Source: Diadema antillarum
Taxonomy: Eukaryota
NCBI RefSeq assembly: GCF_040938485.1
Contig: NW_027271684.1
Location: forward strand, 806,001-870,000
DNA length: 64,000 bases
Direction: 5' to 3'
Both the position numbers and the translations under genes were made by a program. Under the pieces are notes generated by a model. It searched no databases. It saw only the letters and a program-made list of their open reading frames with translations, and was not told the origin of the DNA. Each line of letters begins with the position of its first letter. Position 1 is the stretch's first letter. Shown in pieces: positions 58,309-64,000 of this stretch.

Positions 58309-59738
58309 AGTTGGACTGGGAGTGGTGTCCCCACGCGGTCGGCATCGGGAGCCAGGCGACGAAATCTGCCCATCTGGAAGCGTGATAGAGAGTCAGCAAT
58401 GTCATTATTAACACCGGGCACATACTTGGCTCGAAACCAAATATTCCATTTCAGACACAGCACAACTAAACGGCGTATAAGAGTCATGATGTGCCTGCAT
58501 GTAGACGATTGCCTGTTAATTACCGCCACAACTGCTTGGTTGTCTGACCAAAATACTACCTTCTTGTCAGTCAATTGGTCACCCCATAGCGAAACACCCA
58601 CAACAATTGGAAACAGCTCCAGAAATGCGATCGAATACTGGCAGGCGAGGACGTCCTCCGGCCATTTAGCTTGAGCCCATTTCCCATCGAAATAGACACC
58701 GAAACCAATGCTTGCTGCCGCATCTGAATAGAAATGAAAGAAGGCGTTCCCGTGCCACACTTGATCTGGAATTTTCACCGTCCCATTGAAATTGCGTAGA
58801 AATTCGATCCAAGCAGAAATGTCGGCCTTAGCCCCGGAAGAAATTCGAATTCGGTGGTGAGGCAGACTTCCCCCGCGCGTGAGATCGATTAGTCGACGGA
58901 GAAAGGCCCTACCGGGCCCAATCGCCTTACATATGAAGTTAAGGCTGCCTATGAGCGATTGCATTTCCCGCAATGTGACCTTGGACTTGACCAGAAACTC
59001 GCGCAGCATGCTGAGAAGGGCCAAAACTTTGACTTCCGGAACCTGTACCTGCAGGGTGGATGCATCAATCTGAAGACCTAGGTATGTGATTTGCTGCACC
59101 GGACCTTCTGTCTTGCCTTCCGCTATGGGCACCCCAAAACGCTCACACATCGCCCTGAAACAATGCATTATGTGTTCGCATTCTGCAGCCGATGCACCTG
59201 CGAAAAAGAAGTCATCGAGATAGTGTAATATGGTTTGCACCCCTGCGATACGCCTGCAACAATCCTGAAGAAATGTACTAAACTTCTCAAAGACTGCGCA
59301 CGACACAGAACAGCCCATGGGCATGCATCGATCGAAGAAAAATTGCCCATCCACGCACATTCCAAGAAGATCGAAATCATTCGGGTCCACCGGCAACAAC
59401 CTAAATGCTGACTTGATATCTGCCTTCCCCATGTAAGCCCCATGTCCCAGTGAAACAACTAGGGCTACTGCATCATCGAAACTGCTGTAAACCACTGTGC
59501 ACTCTTTCCGATCGATGCTATCGTTTACTGAAGACCCCCTCGGAGAAGATAAATGATGAATCAGACGGAATTCCCCTGGAGTGCTCTTAGGGACTACGCC
59601 TATGGGAGAACATCGAAAATTCTGAAAGGGGGGAGAAGGAAAGGGGCCGGCTATCCTACCTAATTGTATTTCCTTATCAATCTTCGCTTTTACTATTTGG
59701 GGATGGTCAAAGGCCGACTTCAAGTTCGTTGCAGTCAT
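58272..59738 (-). CDS. Reverse transcriptase / RNase H, 488 aa as annotated (the reading frame extends upstream to about 59838)
   Basis: GPF...CSPIGVVPK...FRLIHHLS, KADIKSAFR, MPMGC, HYLDD; RNase H FYSDAA, FLELFP, WSDNQAVV and NDIADSLSR. Confidence 0.95.
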   Translation of the reverse strand: MTATNLKSAFDHPQIVKAKIDKEIQLGRIAGPFPSPPFQNFRCSPIGVVPKSTPGEFRLIHHLSSPRGSSVNDSIDRKECTVVYSSFDDAVALVVSLGHGAYMGKADIKSAFRLLPVDPNDFDLLGMCVDGQFFFDRCMPMGCSVSCAVFEKFSTFLQDCCRRIAGVQTILHYLDDFFFAGASAAECEHIMHCFRAMCERFGVPIAEGKTEGPVQQITYLGLQIDASTLQVQVPEVKVLALLSMLREFLVKSKVTLREMQSLIGSLNFICKAIGPGRAFLRRLIDLTRGGSLPHHRIRISSGAKADISAWIEFLRNFNGTVKIPDQVWHGNAFFHFYSDAAASIGFGVYFDGKWAQAKWPEDVLACQYSIAFLELFPIVVGVSLWGDQLTDKKVVFWSDNQAVVAVINRQSSTCRHIMTLIRRLVVLCLKWNIWFRAKYVPGVNNDIADSLSRFQMGRFRRLAPDADRVGTPLPVQLWTNFTGNKPSC

Positions 59739-59971
59739 GGAGACACGCTCGCCATTGAAACCTAGGGGAAAACCATGCGTAAAACCTCGGATTAAGGAAC
59801 GGGCATCGCCTTGGTGATGATATGAGTGCAGAAAGGGTAATTAAGCGGTCCAATAAAACGGGAGTAGGCGCGAGCGTCCGATGTGAATGCGGAGAAATTA
59901 GATTTAGAACCGGCAGAGGAGGTGACAAATTGCTTGGACTAGTGATATCAATGGAGGTGGGAGCAGGTCCG

Positions 59972-60434
59972 TTACTGGCTAGCGGACGACTTTGATTTTG
60001 CACACGCCGCTGCGCCGTGCGAGGGGTCGCTGCAACGCAGGCATCTGTGCGCGTAACGGCACCGTTTCCCCCGCAGGCAGCCCCCTCCATTGAATGCAAA
60101 GCAGACATTGGAACCCCGCGGTCGTGCTCTGTTAGGTTGGAAGAGGGGTGGGCGCTGGTTGCTTCGCTGGGGGTACCCCGCTGCCGACTGCCCGTAGGAA
60201 CGAAAAATCCGCGCTTGCGTTGTGGCAACGAGTAGCCAGAGCTCACTGTCCACTCTTGCCCAAGACATCTGCGGCTGCCTCGCGTGCCTTAGCCGAAATC
60301 AGGGAGTACTGACGAAATTGAACATCATAATCGTGCCAGTTGTACCCACACTCGGCAGCCGTGCGCACAATACTCATGTATTTTAGCAGCTCGCGCACGC
60401 GAGAAGCATGGCGCTCCGAAAATATTTTGGACAA
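59972..60434 (-). pseudogene. Gag-like ORF1 remnant, split by a 19 nt insertion and truncated at its 5' end
   Basis: ELLKYMSIVR...WHDYDVQF joins FRLRHARQPQMSWARVDSELWL after removing 19 nt. C-terminal CFAFNGGGC...CRYAHRCLRC...HGAAAC zinc-finger array. Confidence 0.8.
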
Positions 60435-62555
60435 CCTGCCTTCTCAGTGACCACGAAGATAATGCCATCAATTCCTCAAACAGCTGCCAAGCATAACGCG
60501 ATGGCTGCAGCTAGTCTCTTGCCGACGCATGAAGTTTATTGGTCCTGAGAGACCTCGCCGGCCTCGTCTCGGCGGTCGGCCCAGACATGCTAATCCATGT
60601 AGTAGTCTTGTCCCGGGAATAAATTGTTTTAACTTTCCCCATTTTCAATGTACGTTAAAACCTGATATATATGGGTGAAAACGTTGAACGATGTACAATT
60701 GGCCATTTTCGGGCTTTGCGATATTCAAACCCCTGTAAAATTGTGACCTGGGGGTGTTTTTCATAGTTTTAGGTATCATTTGGTAGGGGAGGGTTGTGCC
60801 TTTCAGAAATTATATACTTTGTACTGTTGTTATAGCATTTCCAGAAAAATATAATGCTTTAAAGCTGAAAAATTTGCCAAAAATGCATATTTTACGAAAA
60901 AATCCAAAAATCACACATCGCAATTTTTGTTCTAATCCAATTCTACAGCTTAGTTTTTCCTTGTGAGTAAGCCCAAACACTTCAACTATTAAATCAAATA
61001 CTTCTGCCATGAACGTGTGTATTATTTATTTAATCAGGAAATGTTGAATTCACTTATGTCTGAAAAAGAACGTCTCTCAATGAATTATCTTTTTATTGAC
61101 GCAAAAAATTCAGCATTAATATGAAAACATGTATGGCCATATTCAGTTGGCGTCTTACCCAAATTACCATTCCATCAAAATTTGTGAGTGAGCTTATGAA
61201 ATAATCGAGTAGTGGCTCATGAAAGAAAATTATACTGAATAACCATCAGAGATGTTCAAGTGATTAATGGTGTCATTAATGAAAGTGGGTTATGCTTGAG
61301 ATAAAAACTGGTGATCAGTATGTCAGCGTGAGCCAGGCGACTATGATGATTGCAACTTCAGTAGCATACTGTCCACAAAAATGAGTTCTGGTTGAAACCT
61401 GAATTGGCGAATGTCTCTGATCAAAACGAATGTCCCTGACTGAAAATCTCTGAAGGGATATTCCCTCATTTGACACTTACGCACTGCATGATACTTCATT
61501 TGAGTGCTTATTTTACGCACTGACGTGCCATCCTGGAATAGAGTCAGCACAGTTCAATGACGGAAATGCCCACAAATCCTGAAAATGTACGTAATAACAA
61601 AAACTTTCCTAGTGTTTGTGCCGATTTATAGCAGCTATTATCCCGTAGATATGCCAATCAGTATCATTTGTGAAATTATGTATTTTAATATTTGGATTAG
61701 AGGTAAGTTAAAAAAGGATAGACACTAAATATGTAAGAATCTGCACAAATATCTAAGACCGAACGTCTCTGAGCAAAATGAAAAACGTCTCTGATAATTA
61801 CTGTTTCATGAAATAAAGACATCCACTATACAAATTATGAGAACATTAGAGTAAGATTATCTCTGGATGGTTATGGTTAGTATAATAGGAACAAGTAGAA
61901 CAAAGTGTTCACAAGCGTGTTATAATATTAAGAATATTGCAGCTTCCTGAAAGATGTTGAAAATGTGAAGAAAAGTTTCGAATTTAAGGTTTTCTGTTGA
62001 TTGAGCAAGTGTAAACACATTGCCATGACAGAAACTATGTTTTATGACTAGTAATATGTCAATTGTCTTAGATTATAATGTAGTAGTCACTTGAGTTTAC
62101 GTATTTTTTGTGAGGGAAACAGAAATGTAAGAAAAACAGGTTTAGGTCAGGGACGTTCTCTGAACAAATAGGATCTGTGCTCAAACCAATATTAATGACC
62201 AATCATGGCGAACTGAAGCCTACGTTTGTAGCACATATAGGTTCCTCAATCCAAATATAATGCCAATATCTTATAAAAATCAAACCCAGTAAATACTGAT
62301 AAGCAAGGATGTTTACATCAGAGACGTTACACGGGACGTTTTACATATTTTCAACTAGTACAATTAGGAGTAGATCTTTCATAATTCCACAGTAGATGGC
62401 CCTCGTGTACATACATTGTTCTAGATAATTTGCGCAATCTAAAAGCAATGTTGATTTTATGATTTTGATCAGAGACGTTCATTTGTGCGAACATTGTTCT
62501 CCCAGCGCATGGTAAGTTAATTTTAACATCATTTTAACTCTATTTTTTTTCTTAC

Positions 62556-62711
62556 GGCAAGATGGGTAGCCCGGATGGATTTTAAACGCTCCGACTATTA
62601 GAATATCTTCCTGTTGAGGATCTTTAGGTTCAGTCATGTTCGTGTAGCCTATAAGTTCCAGACCACGGCCGTGGTACTGGCAAGACTGGACGGACATCTT
62701 CGAGGTGCCAT
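62556..62711 (-). CDS. Unassigned putative internal exon (156 nt, phase 1-1)
   Basis: TTTTGTAAACAG acceptor, open frame GTSKMSVQSCQYHGRGLELIGYTNMTEPKDPQQEDILIVGAFKIHPGYPSC, and GTAAGA donor. Family not recognised. Confidence 0.35.
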
Positions 62712-64000
62712 CTGTTTACAAAATAATGACTATCCCAGCCCTGGTTCCAGGTAGCAAGCGACACAGTCAGCACCATGCACTGATTGGGGACATTGAATAC
62801 CAAGTGGAGGAGAAATTCAGTTCAGTGTTATAATGCGCACTCTGATTTTAATGCAAATCACTATTTTGCTTTTGAGCTTGTAAAATTACAGGTTTACACA
62901 CTAAGAAATAAAGGTTCAAGTTTCCACCCAATTTGAAACAATAGCAGCACACCTGCGGTGCACACTTGTACCCTTGATTGTGATTAATTGCACCTTTAAT
63001 TAACTGCCTATTTGAAGTTTCGCTAATTACTGCAAACAAGTTCTCGCAGTGGATAAGAATATGCAAATGGGGTAGTTAACCATGTCATAACCCCCAATTT
63101 TCCATTGATTATTTACAAAAAAAATAACGACAAATTAATGTTTCTGTCTTTGAAATCTGAAACATGATGCTATACCTGGTTGATTACCTTCAGAATAGTG
63201 ATCAGTTAGATATACCCGGATTTAAGCCTAGGGCCTAATTATGTTTGAATAAAAAAAATGGAAATTTCAAAATGTTTGTGTACAAACGTTATGGCAAGTT
63301 ATGAGGGGGATGACATGCTCACTTTGCCATTTTCACGTTCATAATGACCATCCAAAAACTGTTTCCTGAAAAATTCATAATGTCATAACTTCCTTATTTT
63401 TTGTGGAGCCCGTAAAATTTTATTCTTTCTTATAAGCGACTAACTTATAATTGGGCTGAATTTCCCCTTTAATGAAGCTTTTTCCTTTAGAATTAAGGCG
63501 AGATATTCTAGTGATATTTTCTAGGTTTGTAAGCCAAATACACGAGAAAAGGGAAAAAATATGAACGTCTGTGATGAAACAAAAAAAAAACCACTTCTAT
63601 TATAACAATGTCCCTTACTTAGTTCCTCTACAACACTACTTATGTGTCGCCTTTGGGTAGACGGAAGAAAGCTTAATAATCCCATACCGATGTGAGGGTA
63701 AAATGTGATATCTTAATGTTATCATTGTCAACCTCTTGAAATATGTTTTAAGTAAACTTTTGGTCAACAAATAGTTGCTATACCACAGTTTGGTGTTGTG
63801 GCAACTGCATTTGCATTGTTTACAATTTATATTTGCCATAGTATACATACAAAAAAGCGCATTACTTTTTGATGCTTCTAGGATGAGTAAAGGTTAAGTA
63901 CAGCTTTCTGAGACGACATCATTCGTGGCCCAGGTACGGTCCTTGATCAAAATCAGAATTGGCCTGATATACACATACAATCATAGTTTAGGCATAGTGG

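Larger units (their letters stand above)
57394..60434 (-). mobile_element. Tyrosine-recombinase (DIRS-order) retrotransposon, Ngaro-like, 5'-truncated and frameshifted; termini unresolved
   Basis: Order gag-like zinc finger, RT/RNase H, then YR overlapping the RH end. No DAM-methyltransferase domain follows RH, which favours Ngaro over DIRS1. Confidence 0.9.

Noticed and set aside
60597-60610. AGTAGT as a second Polinton terminus
   Set aside because: No TIR similarity beyond the hexamer, no partner end and no TSD.

Overview
AT-rich, intron-containing animal genomic DNA with many microsatellites, MITEs and two N gaps. An invertebrate deuterostome such as an echinoderm is plausible, but that is inference only. 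The dominant feature is a complete 17.8 kb Polinton/Maverick (adintovirus-like endogenous dsDNA virus) at 19679-37482. It has AGTAGT...ACTACT ends, about 400 bp terminal inverted repeats (TIRs) and a perfect 6 bp target-site duplication (CTCGAC). All core ORFs are uninterrupted: protein-primed PolB, packaging ATPase, adenain-like protease, major and minor capsid proteins, DDE integrase with chromodomain, and three conserved small proteins. Accessory content includes a PC4/Sub1-like ssDNA-binding gene beside the left TIR, an alternating A/B tandem array of about 1 kb, an overlapping ORFan pair beside the right TIR, and TIRs carrying four CRE palindromes, an octamer and a hairpin. Rejoining the flanks rebuilds a candidate 75 nt host exon, so the element may have interrupted a host gene. 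Host genes reconstructed by hand from splice sites are the 5' part of an alpha-class-like GST (minus), an MS4A/CD20-like four-pass membrane protein (minus) and a PEBP/RKIP-family gene (minus). A 5'-truncated, frameshifted Ngaro-like tyrosine-recombinase retrotransposon lies at about 57.4-60.4 kb. All family assignments come from motif recognition by eye; no database search was run.
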